Positions 32,423 to 42,430 of a DNA stretch of 64,000 bases are shown in pieces; position 1 is the first letter of the stretch, and each line of letters starts with the position of its first letter. The DNA is from Longimicrobiales bacterium (GTDB lineage: Bacteria > Gemmatimonadota > Gemmatimonadetes > Longimicrobiales > Gaopeijiaceae). A program made the translations under genes and the position numbers. The DNA lies in the NCBI GenBank assembly GCA_041690395.1, contig JAWLHJ010000002.1, positions 228,707-292,706 on the forward strand, given 5' to 3'. The notes under the pieces are model-generated. The model was not told where the DNA came from. It saw only the letters and a program-made list of their open reading frames with translations, and did no database searches.

Positions 32423-34301
32423 GCCCGTCCGGGAGCGACAGGCCGACGGCCTCGAGGAGCTTCAGTGCATTCCGTGTCGTGGCGATACCGGGACGCAAGC
32501 GGTAGTCGAACGTGATGCGCGGGCGGCCGTCGGGCCCCTCCCCCTCGACCTCCTCCCGGAAGTGCACGGGATGGGCGGCGTCCAGCAGCTCCGAGGTCTC
32601 CGCGAGGGCGAGGTCGTGCGTGCTGACGGCACCGAGCGCGCCCGCGTCGAGCAGATGCCGCACCACGCCGCGGGCGGCGACCCTGCGCTCCGCCGTGTTG
32701 GTGCCGTGGAGCATCTCGTCGAGGAGGTACAGCACGGGACGGCCGAGTGCGTCGGGCGCGCGGGCGGCCTCCACCACCGAGCGAATGCGCAGCAGCTCGG
32801 CCATGAAGAGCGAAACCCCTTCCTCGAGCGAATCGTCCACCCGCATGCAGGTGAATACCCGCATGCAAGGGATCGAAAGCGACCGGGCGCACACGGGCGC
32901 TCCGGCGCCGGCGAGCACCGCGTTCACGCCGAGCGCGCGAAGCAGGGTGCTCTTGCCCGACATGTTGGAGCCCGTCACGAGCAAGAAGGTCCCCGGAGGG
33001 CCCAGCGTCACGTCGTTCGTTACGCATCGGTCGGGGCGGAGCAACGGATGTCCGAGACCGGTCGCCACGACCTTGGAGGAAGGCTCGTCGGGCAGCGTGG
33101 GGTAGGACCACCCCGGATGGTCGTGGGCCAGATTCGACAGAGCGCTCAATGCCTCCCACTCCGCGCTCGCGTCGAGCCACGCGCGAACCTCCGGACCATG
33201 ACGGGCACGCCACCGATCCAGCGCCATCGCGAGGTGGAGATCCAGGAGGAGCACGGGCGACAACGTCGCGTAGACGAGGTTCCGGCGGCTCTCCACCGTG
33301 TCCAGCCAACGGAGCAGCGAGCCGAGGCGAGCGTGCGCGGCGTCCGTCCCGTTCGCCAGGCTCTCCCTCGCTCGGCGCAGCAAGGGGGCTTCCCACTCGG
33401 TGCCGTCGAGAAGCCTCAGCTGGGGCACCACGGCCCGAGCGGGAGCCGCCGCGCTTGCCGCCGCCGCGAACGACGGCTCCGCGAGGCGGCCCGAAGCACG
33501 GACCACCACGATCTGGGGGAGGGCGACGGCGAGCCACCACGGCCCGAAGCCGAGGAACACGTCGCCGACGACCGCGGCGAGCAGAAGCGGCGGAAGCAGG
33601 AAGGCCGCGACGCGCAGGGCCGGCCGGGAGGGGAAGTCGGGGGCGGCTTCGGCCCACTCCAGGAACCGACTCCAGCTCCCGAGCGCGTCGGAGGCGTCCA
33701 GACGGCCGAGCGCGGTGAAGTGGGCACGGAGGTCGGTCCTGGGCGCCAGCTCCCGGACCGCGTCCTGGCGCGCCCGGGCATCTTCGGGCACGCCGGGTTC
33801 GAGGAGCCAGTCCGAGAGGAAGGCGCGCGTCCGGACGGAGGTGACGGGGCCGAGGAGACGCCAGAGCGAGGCGCGCCCCACGACATCGAGATCCGCCGCG
33901 TACGGGTGGCCGCCGGGCACGTCAGGACCGTCTCTCTCAGCCGCCGGCAGCGCGTCTTCGAGCTCCCGCCATCGGCGCTCCAGACGCAGCGTGCCTTCCC
34001 GCGCGATCGACGCCAGGGCTCCCTCCCAGCGTTCCTCGGCTCGGACCCGGCGATGGACGACGACCTGGGCGACGAACGCGACGACGACGAGCGCGAGCAC
34101 CACCAGCGCCGTCCGCTCGCCGGCCCCTTCCAGGAAGTCGACCGCCACCAGCACGCCGACGCCGGCCAGGAAGGTGGCGCCCCTCAGCGTCGAGAGCCGA
34201 CGGGAGCTCGCGGCCGCACGGGCCCTCGCGGCATCGTGCGCAACCCAACTCTCGCGGTACCCGTCCAGGACGGCGTCCACGGGGTTGGACTCGCTCTCCA
34301 T
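32403..34301 (-). CDS. Membrane-anchored MutS-related ATPase (domain V only)
   Basis: [18 protein letters not shown] (Walker A), [22 protein letters not shown]-terminal TM helices; no mismatch-binding domain seen. Confidence 0.88.
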   Translation of the reverse strand: MESESNPVDAVLDGYRESWVAHDAARARAAASSRRLSTLRGATFLAGVGVLVAVDFLEGAGERTALVVLALVVVAFVAQVVVHRRVRAEERWEGALASIAREGTLRLERRWRELEDALPAAERDGPDVPGGHPYAADLDVVGRASLWRLLGPVTSVRTRAFLSDWLLEPGVPEDARARQDAVRELAPRTDLRAHFTALGRLDASDALGSWSRFLEWAEAAPDFPSRPALRVAAFLLPPLLLAAVVGDVFLGFGPWWLAVALPQIVVVRASGRLAEPSFAAAASAAAPARAVVPQLRLLDGTEWEAPLLRRARESLANGTDAAHARLGSLLRWLDTVESRRNLVYATLSPVLLLDLHLAMALDRWRARHGPEVRAWLDASAEWEALSALSNLAHDHPGWSYPTLPDEPSSKVVATGLGHPLLRPDRCVTNDVTLGPPGTFLLVTGSNMSGKSTLLRALGVNAVLAGAGAPVCARSLSIPCMRVFTCMRVDDSLEEGVSLFMAELLRIRSVVEAARAPDALGRPVLYLLDEMLHGTNTAERRVAARGVVRHLLDAGALGAVSTHDLALAETSELLDAAHPVHFREEVEGEGPDGRPRITFDYRLRPGIATTRNALKLLEAVGLSLPDGLSGDAR

Positions 34302-34483
34302 CGATGCGTTCTCGGGCAACGGTGAGCCTCCGGAATCGCTGGTGTGGACGGGAGCCCAACCTAACGACCGGACCCGCCCTCTCACATGGCGACAGGCACG
34401 CGCCACTTTCGGTCCGACTTCCGCTGAAGTAGCCTGCTTCGCATTCGTCGCATCCGCACCGGGTACGGAGAACCCTTCTGCTC

Positions 34484-36922
34484 ATGAACCTTCGGGCGAT
34501 CACCACCAACCTGCTCCTCGCGGCCGTCTACGGCGCCGCGGGGGCCGCGACCCTGGCCGTCGGCCAGACCGTGGGCCCGAACCTCTCCAGCATGCTCTGG
34601 ATCGGTTCCGGCATCGCGCTCGCCGTTGCGCTGCTCGTGCCGTTCGCCGTCTGGCCCGGGGTCGCGCTCGGAGCCATGGTGGCGACGCTCTCCGAGGGGT
34701 CGCCGATCCTCCATGTAATCGCCACGGGTATCGCGAACGGCGGCGAGGTGGCGCTCGCCATGTTCCTCCTGTCGAACGCGGGCTTCAATCGACGGTTCGG
34801 GACGGTCAGGGACGTGCTGCTCTTCCTGGGGCTCGCTTGCGGTCTCGCGGCCGCGATGACCGCCCTGATCAGCGTGACTTCGCTCATCCTGACCGGAGGG
34901 ATGCCGGCGTCCGCGTTCGGGCGGATCTGGCCCATGTGGTGGCTGACGCACGGCCTGGGCATGCTCCTCGTGGTCCCGCTGGCGCTGATCGTCCGGGCCC
35001 GGGGCTTCGAGCTCGACCATGCATCCCGGGGTGAGGCGTTCGTGCTCCTCTCGGCGATCGGCGTCGCGTCGTGGATCTCCTTCCTGGCACCGCCGAACAG
35101 CCTCCGCGCGGAAGTGTTTTTCCTGCCCTTCCCCCTCCTCCTCATGGCCGCCGTCCGTGGCGACGCGCTCGTCGCCACGCTGGGCGGCTTGATCGCCACC
35201 GTGCTGGCGCTCGTGGGCGCCCTGTTCGCGCGCGGGCCGTTCTCGCTCGGAACCTCGAACGAGGCGCTCTTCCTCACCTGGAGCTTCGCCAGCGTCACGA
35301 TCATCGCCGCCGTCATCGCGACCGCGGTCGTCCGGGAGCGGGCGCTGGCTCAGCGCGAGCTCGAGAGCGGTGAGCGGCGTCTCCGGGCGGTGCTGGAAGC
35401 CACGAGCGAGGGAATCCTGGTCGCTGACGACCTGGGGCGGGTCACCGACGTGAACTCGGCCTTCCTCCGGCTCGTGGGTGAAGACGACGACGGTGTGGCA
35501 CCCCGCTACTCAGAGGTGACGGCGTTCCTCGATCGCCTCCGCCCTACGGACACGGACAGAGCGCGTCAGCACCCCGCGGTCCTGGATCCGGACATCGACC
35601 ACGACAGGACCGCCACGGCCGAATTGCGACTCAGCGGTGGACGCGTCGTGGAGGCGGAGTCCGTCCCCCTCCCGGGCCCCGCCGAGCATGCCGGACGCGT
35701 CTGGTCACTCCGGGACGTCACCCAGCGCGTCGAGTCCGAGGAGGAACGGCGGCGGCTACACGAGCAGATTCTCCACAGTCAGAAGCTGGAAGGACTGGGC
35801 GTGCTCGCGGGGGGTGTGGCCCACGATTTCAACAACGTGCTGGCCGGCATCATGGGCTACGCCGAGCTCCTGCTCGCCCAACCGGACCTCACCGACGAGG
35901 GAAAGGCCGACGCGGAGGGGATCATCAAGGCGGCGCAACACGCGGCGGGGCTGTGTGGGCAGCTGCTGACCTACGCGGGGAAGACGACGGCCGTGCTCGG
36001 CCCGGTCGACCTGGCCGCGTGCGCGCACGACATGCGTCACTTCATGGCCATGTCCGTCTCCAAGAACGTCGAGCTGACCCTGGAAGTCCCGGACGACGAG
36101 GTCGTGGCGGTGGCGGACGAGGTCCAGATCCGACAGGTCATCTTCAACCTGGTGACGAACGCCTCCGAGGCGATCCTCGAAGGCCCGGGGTCCGGGCGGG
36201 TCCTGGTGCGCGTCGGCACGCGCCACTGCGACCGACGCTGGCTCGATCGGGCGTACGCCGCCGACGGGCTCCGGGTGGGCGACTACGCCATGATCGAGGT
36301 GGAGGACGACGGTGTCGGCATGAACGCCGACGAGGTGGCCCAGATCTTCGATCCCTTCTACTCGTCGAAAGGGCCGGGCCGCGGGCTGGGCCTCTCCGCG
36401 GTGATGGGCGTGCTTCGGAGCCACCAGGGGGCTCTCGTGGTCAACACCGAGGCCGGGCTGGGCACGCGCTTCCAGATCATCCTTCCGAAGTCGGGACAGG
36501 CGGATGCCACCCCCGGAGCCCGAGCGCCCAGGCGAGCGCCCATCGACGGTCCGGCCACCATCCTCGTGGTCGACGACGAGCCGGTAGTTCGCGAGACCGT
36601 GGCGCGGATGCTTCGAAAGGACGGACACGAAGTGCTCCAGGCGGGCGACGGCGATGCGGCCCTGGAACTCCTCGCCGAGCGGCACGACGAGGTGGCGCTC
36701 ATGGTCCTCGACCTCACGATGCCCCACCGGGACGGCCTCTCGACGTTGGCCGAAATGCGCACTCGTGGCTACTCGGTGCCCGTACTCCTGGCGAGCGGAT
36801 ACTCGGGCGAAGCCGTGCCCGCCGACGCGGCCGTCGCGGGCTTCATCCAGAAGCCGTTCCGGTCCGCCGAGCTGCGTGAGCGGGTCGCCACGGTCCTGAG
36901 CTCCGGAGCCGCCCCCGTCTGA
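34484..36922 (+). CDS. Hybrid sensor histidine kinase/response regulator (MASE1-PAS-HisKA-HATPase-REC)
   Basis: MASE1-like TM region (LWIGSGIALA), PAS, GGVAHDFNN, FNLVTNASEA, GRGLGLS, VVDDE...LDLTMP...KPF. Confidence 0.93.
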   Translation: MNLRAITTNLLLAAVYGAAGAATLAVGQTVGPNLSSMLWIGSGIALAVALLVPFAVWPGVALGAMVATLSEGSPILHVIATGIANGGEVALAMFLLSNAGFNRRFGTVRDVLLFLGLACGLAAAMTALISVTSLILTGGMPASAFGRIWPMWWLTHGLGMLLVVPLALIVRARGFELDHASRGEAFVLLSAIGVASWISFLAPPNSLRAEVFFLPFPLLLMAAVRGDALVATLGGLIATVLALVGALFARGPFSLGTSNEALFLTWSFASVTIIAAVIATAVVRERALAQRELESGERRLRAVLEATSEGILVADDLGRVTDVNSAFLRLVGEDDDGVAPRYSEVTAFLDRLRPTDTDRARQHPAVLDPDIDHDRTATAELRLSGGRVVEAESVPLPGPAEHAGRVWSLRDVTQRVESEEERRRLHEQILHSQKLEGLGVLAGGVAHDFNNVLAGIMGYAELLLAQPDLTDEGKADAEGIIKAAQHAAGLCGQLLTYAGKTTAVLGPVDLAACAHDMRHFMAMSVSKNVELTLEVPDDEVVAVADEVQIRQVIFNLVTNASEAILEGPGSGRVLVRVGTRHCDRRWLDRAYAADGLRVGDYAMIEVEDDGVGMNADEVAQIFDPFYSSKGPGRGLGLSAVMGVLRSHQGALVVNTEAGLGTRFQIILPKSGQADATPGARAPRRAPIDGPATILVVDDEPVVRETVARMLRKDGHEVLQAGDGDAALELLAERHDEVALMVLDLTMPHRDGLSTLAEMRTRGYSVPVLLASGYSGEAVPADAAVAGFIQKPFRSAELRERVATVLSSGAAPV

Positions 36923-36991
36923 CGAGGGGGCGATCCCGCCGCTCGCGCCCGGGGGACTCGCTCCGGGAGAATGGATCCCCCGGTCGGGCGC

Positions 36992-38593
36992 TCAGCGCAC
37001 CGGGTCGGGCGGACGCTCCCGATGGAAGGCCGTCACCGCCTGGTAGGCCGCGACCACGGCCAGCATCCGCTCCTCCCCGAACGGCGCCGCCCCCAGGATC
37101 GCGCCCCTGGGTACGCGGCGACCCGTCTCCTCGTCGGTGTCGAAGCCGATGGGGAAGCACATGACGGGAAGACCCGTGCCGTCGAACGCCCCGGACGACG
37201 GCGTCAGCACGACATCGCACTGGTTGAACAGCTGGCTCGTCATGCGACCGAGGAGCAGCTGACGAGCCTGCTGAACCTTCACGTAGCTGTCCGCGCTCTG
37301 GAGCATGCCGTTCAGGAAGCGCGGAAGGCGGTCACCGAACAGGCGGACGTCGCGACGCAGGTGCTCGATGAAGAACGCCGTCGGATCCCCGTGCGAGCCG
37401 CCGAGCGGGCTGGACGTGAGGACGTCGAAGTCGTCCGGCAGAGAGACTTCCGACACGAGCGTGACGCCCGGCGTGCGCTCGAGCTCGGCGACGAGATCGC
37501 GTCTGAGACGGCTCACCCCCTCGTCGTCGTCCGACAGGTAGCCCGGCCACACGCCGACGCGGGTGGGCCAGCGAACCCGCGGGCGCTCCCCGCCGAACGG
37601 GGTGGCGGCCAGCGCGTAGTTCGGCGGCCTCGGCAATCCGAGGGTCCGGGGATCCATCGGGTCGGGCTGAGCCAGGACCTGGAGCAGGATCGCCACGTCG
37701 AGGGCGTTGCGGGCCATCGGTCCGGCATGGTCACGCGTATGGCTGAGCGGGATCACGCCGTGCAGCGAGATCCGGCCGAACGTGGGCTTGATACAGGTCA
37801 GCCCCTGAGCCGTCCCCGGCCCGACCACGGATCCACCGGTCTGCGTCCCTACGCCGGCGACGGCCATTCGGGCGGCGACCGCGGTCGCGGTTCCGGAGGA
37901 CGACCCCCCGGGCGAGTAGCGGACGTCTTCGGGTGTCCATGCGTTGCGCGTCGTGGGCGTCGTGGTGCCGTAGACCTGCGCCCGCCCCCCGGCAAGGTTG
38001 CCCATCTGCGCCTTGCCGAGCACGACACCACCCGAGGCCCTCATGAGGGCGACGACGGTGGCGTCGTAGTCCGGCCTGAAGCCTTCGAACACCAGCGAGC
38101 CGCCCTCGGTGGGCAGGTCGGCCGTGTAGAAGTTGTCCTTCGGTGCGAGACCGATCCCTCGGAGCGGGGCGTCGCCTCCGCCCGCGGGGATCTGCTCGGA
38201 TTCGGCGAGCAAGTCTTCCCGCGTCGGCCGCGCGGCGTAGGCCCTGTAGAAGTCCGAGTCGAACGCCTCGATCCGGTCGACGTGGGCCTCGACGAGGTCC
38301 CGCGGACGGATGGAGCCGTTCCGCACGAGCGTCATCGACTGGGAGAGGGTGAGCTCGGTGAGGTCGCTCACGTCCTGGACGCGGACGGGGTGGCCGAACG
38401 CCTCCTCGGTGACCACCGGCCCGCCCGGGCTCGCGACGGCCGGAGCCCGCGAGAGGAGGGTGCCGGTCGCCGCGGCGGACGACACCCACGCCATCCGGTT
38501 CAGGAACCACCGCCTGGAGACGGGCCCGTCCAGCGGCCCCCGCGGGTCCGATCCGTCCCCACCCTCGCCCGGTCGTCCCGCCGGGCCGCTCAC
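36992..38593 (-). CDS. Amidase-signature family enzyme with a Tat-like signal
   Basis: SRRWFL twin-arginine motif; PKDNF, PGGSSSGT, GTQTGGS, KPTFGRIS, DHAGPMAR. Confidence 0.88.
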   Translation of the reverse strand: MSGPAGRPGEGGDGSDPRGPLDGPVSRRWFLNRMAWVSSAAATGTLLSRAPAVASPGGPVVTEEAFGHPVRVQDVSDLTELTLSQSMTLVRNGSIRPRDLVEAHVDRIEAFDSDFYRAYAARPTREDLLAESEQIPAGGGDAPLRGIGLAPKDNFYTADLPTEGGSLVFEGFRPDYDATVVALMRASGGVVLGKAQMGNLAGGRAQVYGTTTPTTRNAWTPEDVRYSPGGSSSGTATAVAARMAVAGVGTQTGGSVVGPGTAQGLTCIKPTFGRISLHGVIPLSHTRDHAGPMARNALDVAILLQVLAQPDPMDPRTLGLPRPPNYALAATPFGGERPRVRWPTRVGVWPGYLSDDDEGVSRLRRDLVAELERTPGVTLVSEVSLPDDFDVLTSSPLGGSHGDPTAFFIEHLRRDVRLFGDRLPRFLNGMLQSADSYVKVQQARQLLLGRMTSQLFNQCDVVLTPSSGAFDGTGLPVMCFPIGFDTDEETGRRVPRGAILGAAPFGEERMLAVVAAYQAVTAFHRERPPDPVR

Positions 38594-38859
38594 TCGTCCA
38601 CCTCGTCCACCCAGGCCGTGAAGGGGGCCGGGTAGAGCTGGGGGAGATGCAGCTGCGGATCGATCGCGAAGTCGGCAGCCTCCACGTCCTGTCTCAGAAT
38701 CGAGCGCCCGTTGGCGAGCAAGCGCGTCCGGTCCATGGGCGCATCCGGATCGGACTCCGGGAGGACCGAGATGTCGATACCCATCAGCGCGTAACGCGTC
38801 AGGATGTAGCGATCGAGCTCCTCGTCCGTCGGAGACGGGGGTGTCGTGGGTACCTGCAT
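38590..38859 (-). CDS. Small acidic protein translationally coupled to the amidase
   Basis: 89 aa; GTGA overlap with the amidase start; no signal peptide. Confidence 0.65.
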   Translation of the reverse strand: MQVPTTPPSPTDEELDRYILTRYALMGIDISVLPESDPDAPMDRTRLLANGRSILRQDVEAADFAIDPQLHLPQLYPAPFTAWVDEVDE

Positions 38860-38975
38860 GGTGCTCGTCCGTAAGGGGTCGGCCTGCCGCGCGGGATCAG
38901 ACGCGACCCTACGCCCCGACCTCGCGGCCGTCAAGCAGGGATCGCCACCGGCGGCGACGCTCTCCCGTCGTCCTG

Positions 38976-39944
38976 CTACGGAGCCGCGTCCAACTCGCCC
39001 GCGAGCTCCGCCCAGACCCGCCGTACCGCACGCTCCGCCTGATAGACGTAGTCGGCCTGCTGGGACAACGCGCCGAAGTTCGCCTGCTCGACCGCCGCGT
39101 CGAGGTCCAGCCCCGACTCCCGGAGGCGGCGGACCTCGGCGATGACCTGCTCAACCGCACCGCGGTACCGGACGAGTCCCTCGCGGCTGTAGTCGATCGA
39201 GCCACGGATGCCGTGTCCGGCCACGTACGTGTCCACGTCCATCGCCTCCGCGGTGCGCAGGACCTCGACCCACTCCGACGGATAGGCGGTGATCATGAGC
39301 GGGAACACCCGGTCGAGATGCGCTTCGCTCATGTAGAGGATCCTCTCCTCCGGAAGGTGCACTACGAGGTCGCCCGCCGTGTGTCCCCGACCGAGGAACC
39401 GGATCTCGATCACCCGCCCCCCGAGCTCCAGACGCTCGAGGTCTTCCACCAGATGGTCGGGCTCCAACCAATCCTCACCCGGGCTCTCGGGAGCCAGCGC
39501 CGCGGCGGCGAACGGGTGCGCGTAGACCTCCACGGAGTCCGGAAACACCAGATTGCCACCGGTATGGTCCCCGTGATCCGTCGCGATGACGAGGTGCGTC
39601 ACCGGCTGATCCGTCACCCGGGCTATCTCCCCGAGCAGCCGCTCGGTCTCTTCCACGTCCCCCTGGCCGTCGGCGACGAGCACGCCATCCTCGGTGACGA
39701 CGAACATGCTCACCGTCGTGACCGGATCCTCCGGCCGGGCGTACTCGTAGGTGTAGACACCGTCGGCGAGCTCCCGGACCTCCCGGTGCACCGTATTCGG
39801 AGCTTCCGGGGCGTAGGGGCTGTCGGCCGCGCCGGTGGTCGCCTCGTCCGTCACGGGCGGGGCGTCGTCCCCGCCGCCGTCGCCGCACGCGGCGAGGGTC
39901 AGGGCCAGGAAGACGAGTCCGTTGAGTGTGCGTTGCATGTGCAT
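38976..39944 (-). CDS. MBL-fold metallo-hydrolase lipoprotein with a degenerate metal motif
   Basis: Lipobox LTLAAC; TDHGDHTGGN, GHTAGD, VAGHG. Confidence 0.85.
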   Translation of the reverse strand: MHMQRTLNGLVFLALTLAACGDGGGDDAPPVTDEATTGAADSPYAPEAPNTVHREVRELADGVYTYEYARPEDPVTTVSMFVVTEDGVLVADGQGDVEETERLLGEIARVTDQPVTHLVIATDHGDHTGGNLVFPDSVEVYAHPFAAAALAPESPGEDWLEPDHLVEDLERLELGGRVIEIRFLGRGHTAGDLVVHLPEERILYMSEAHLDRVFPLMITAYPSEWVEVLRTAEAMDVDTYVAGHGIRGSIDYSREGLVRYRGAVEQVIAEVRRLRESGLDLDAAVEQANFGALSQQADYVYQAERAVRRVWAELAGELDAAP

Positions 39945-39952
39945 GATGGACT

Positions 39953-40257
39953 AGCAGGTCGCTGAAAGAGGGGAGTACCCCGCGTTGGGAGCGCCACGGC
40001 CCCGAGCCGTAGGCGGGGCGACGACCGCATAGCCGTAGCTACGCGGAGGAGCTCCAACGACCGGAACGGGGCCGTGCCGCCCCAACCCTTCAACATGTAA
40101 GATCATATCATACCACTTGTTGGGCGCATGGGGGTTTCGCTGGTGATGCGGCGTCACTCCTCGCTCGCCGTAGCGGTGCTATGGCTCGTCGTCGTTCCTT
40201 GCCTGACCAGCGAAAGCCCCATGCGCGCGGGGTACTCCCCTCTTTCAACGACCTGCT
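39953..40257. mobile_element. 305-bp non-autonomous MITE/REP-like element with nested hairpins
   Basis: 32-bp terminal inverted repeats 39953-39984 and 40226-40257 (1 mismatch); internal hairpins 39984-40086 and 40124-40226; no credible ORF; no clear target-site duplication. Confidence 0.7.
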
Positions 40258-40391
40258 GCGTCTGGAGTTGCCGGGCGCCGGCATCATTCTAGCTTTCCGG
40301 CTCCTTCGTCGCGCGTGCCCACGCGTGGTTCATCATGGCCCCCCGCCGGGCAACGGACGGAGGAACTTCATTCAACCAGGAGGCCCCGCCA

Positions 40392-41351
40392 ATGCCCCGT
40401 TACCAGCCGCCCGACGCGATGGAAAGCCCTCGCATCGGTGGCATCCGCACGTTCATGCGATTGCCACACGTGCGCACCACCGAGGATATCGACTTCGCCG
40501 TCGTCGGTATCCCGTTCGACACCAGCACGACGTACCGCGTCGGAGCCCGATTCGGTCCGCAAGCGATCCGCGCCGCCTCGACGATGCTCCGTCCCTTCAA
40601 TCCCTATCACGGAGTGGACCTGTTCGAGCACCTCTCGGGAGTCGACTACGGTGACGTCGGTGTCGTGCCGGGCTACATCGAGGCGTCGTACGAGCGCATC
40701 GAGGCCGGCCTACGGCCGATCGTCGACGCGGGCGTCATCCCCATCGGGCTCGGCGGAGACCACTCCATCACCCTGGCGGAGCTCCGTGCGCTGAGCAAGC
40801 GCCACGGCCCCTTGGGCCTGGTCCAGATCGACGCCCACCCCGACACCTGGGAGGGCCACTGGGGGAAGAAGTACAACCACGGCACGGTCTTCCGCCGCGC
40901 GACCGAAGAGGGCGTCATCGACCCGCACCGGGTCATCCAGGTGGGCCTCCGCGGCTCCATCTACGGGTTCGAGGACTACGACCAGTCCCGCGAGATGGGC
41001 ATGGAGGTCATCACCATGCAGGAGTTCCGGGAGATCGGCATGCAGGAGGTGACGCGTAGGATCCGCGCTCGCTGCGCCGAGGGTCCGACCTTCCTCACCT
41101 ACGACATCGATTCCTGGGACCCGGCGTACGCCCCGGGCACCGGAACGCCCGAGGTCGAGGGCTTCACGAGCCACGAGGGACTCTCCCTGGTGCGCGGCAT
41201 GACGGACATCGACTTCGTCGGCGCCGACCTCGTGGAGGTGTATCCGATGTACGACCACGCCGAGATCACCGCGATGGGCGCTGCGAACGTCCTGTTCGAG
41301 CTCATCTCGCTGCTCGCGCTCAGGAAGCGGGACCGGACGTCTCGGGGCTGA
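40392..41351 (+). CDS. speB: Agmatinase / ureohydrolase
   Basis: GIPFD...GARFGP, LGGDHSIT, DAHPD, HGT, YDIDSWDP..APGTGTPE; AGGAGG RBS; exact substrate not certain. Confidence 0.85.
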   Translation: MPRYQPPDAMESPRIGGIRTFMRLPHVRTTEDIDFAVVGIPFDTSTTYRVGARFGPQAIRAASTMLRPFNPYHGVDLFEHLSGVDYGDVGVVPGYIEASYERIEAGLRPIVDAGVIPIGLGGDHSITLAELRALSKRHGPLGLVQIDAHPDTWEGHWGKKYNHGTVFRRATEEGVIDPHRVIQVGLRGSIYGFEDYDQSREMGMEVITMQEFREIGMQEVTRRIRARCAEGPTFLTYDIDSWDPAYAPGTGTPEVEGFTSHEGLSLVRGMTDIDFVGADLVEVYPMYDHAEITAMGAANVLFELISLLALRKRDRTSRG

Positions 41352-41407
41352 GTGCCGAGCCGTGACGGCTCGGACGGGTGGGCCTCGTGAGCCGCCTGCC
41401 CGAGCCG

Positions 41408-42394
41408 TCAGCCGGCCATCCGGGACCGGACCGCGGGTGAGACGTTACCCCCACAGAGCACGATGGCCACGTGCCCTCCGCGAACATGCGCGTGGCTCTT
41501 CAGGAAGCCCGCCAGGGCCACGCCGGCGGCTCCCTCCACCACCCACCCCTCCCGTGCCTCGAGGAGCCGCATCGCGGCCAGGATCTCGTCCTCGCTCACC
41601 AGCACGGACCGGTCGATCACGCGGCGTGCGAGATCGAAGGTGATCGCCCCCTCCTCGACGCCGCCGGCGGTGCTCTCCGACAGCGTCGGCTTCTCGGCAA
41701 CGTCGACGATCCGGCCCGCCTCGAGACACGCATGCAGCGCCGGGGCGTTCTCCGGCCAGCATCCCACGACGTCCACATGCGGAGCCCGAGCCTTCAGGTA
41801 CGCCCCGATGCCACCGATCAGGCCGCCACCGCCCACCGCCACGAAGACTGCGTCCAGCCGCTCGAGGTCTTCGAGGAGCTCGAGCGCGATGGTGCCCTGC
41901 CCCGCCACCACGTAGGGGTCGTTGTAGGGCGATACGTACACCTTGCCCGCCGCGCTCGCCTCGGCGCGCGCGGCCAGCTCGGCATCGAGCACCGACCCCT
42001 CGACGGTCCGGATCGTCGCACCCAGCGCCCTCATGCGCTCGAGACGGTCTTCCGCCACCAACGGGGAGACGAACACCTCGACGGGGACACCCGCCTCGCG
42101 TCCGGCGTGGGCCACGCCGAGGCCGTGGTTGCCCATGGACGACGTGGTCACGCCCGCGCGGGCCTCGTCGAAGGTCAGGCTCGCGATCCGGTTCGCGGCG
42201 CCGCGGAGCTTGAACGAGCCCGTGCGCTGGCGATGCTCCAGCTTGAGCCACACTTTTCCGTGGAAGTCCGGCGCGACACGCGTCGATTCCTGGACCTCGG
42301 TGCGGACGATGATGTCCCGGATGCGCTCGCTCGCCTCTTCGACTCGCTCGCCCCACGCCGCCAGCACGTCGCTGTCCTGATTCTTTGTCGTCAT
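41408..42394 (-). CDS. PLP-dependent threonine/serine dehydratase family (no regulatory domain)
   Basis: KLEHRQRTGSFKLRGA, SSMGNHG, SPYND..VVAGQGT, VGGGGL, LCGGN. Confidence 0.9.
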   Translation of the reverse strand: MTTKNQDSDVLAAWGERVEEASERIRDIIVRTEVQESTRVAPDFHGKVWLKLEHRQRTGSFKLRGAANRIASLTFDEARAGVTTSSMGNHGLGVAHAGREAGVPVEVFVSPLVAEDRLERMRALGATIRTVEGSVLDAELAARAEASAAGKVYVSPYNDPYVVAGQGTIALELLEDLERLDAVFVAVGGGGLIGGIGAYLKARAPHVDVVGCWPENAPALHACLEAGRIVDVAEKPTLSESTAGGVEEGAITFDLARRVIDRSVLVSEDEILAAMRLLEAREGWVVEGAAGVALAGFLKSHAHVRGGHVAIVLCGGNVSPAVRSRMAG

Positions 42395-42430
42395 TCGCTC
42401 AAGTTACGCCCTTCAACCGTTCCGGTCGCC

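Noticed and set aside
36992..38859. gatC-gatA annotation
   Set aside because: The amidase has a Tat-like signal and non-GatA motifs, and no gatB follows
39945..40391. Guanidine riboswitch upstream of agmatinase
   Set aside because: No recognisable ykkC or paired ACGR-loop hairpin architecture; the structure is better explained by the inverted-repeat element
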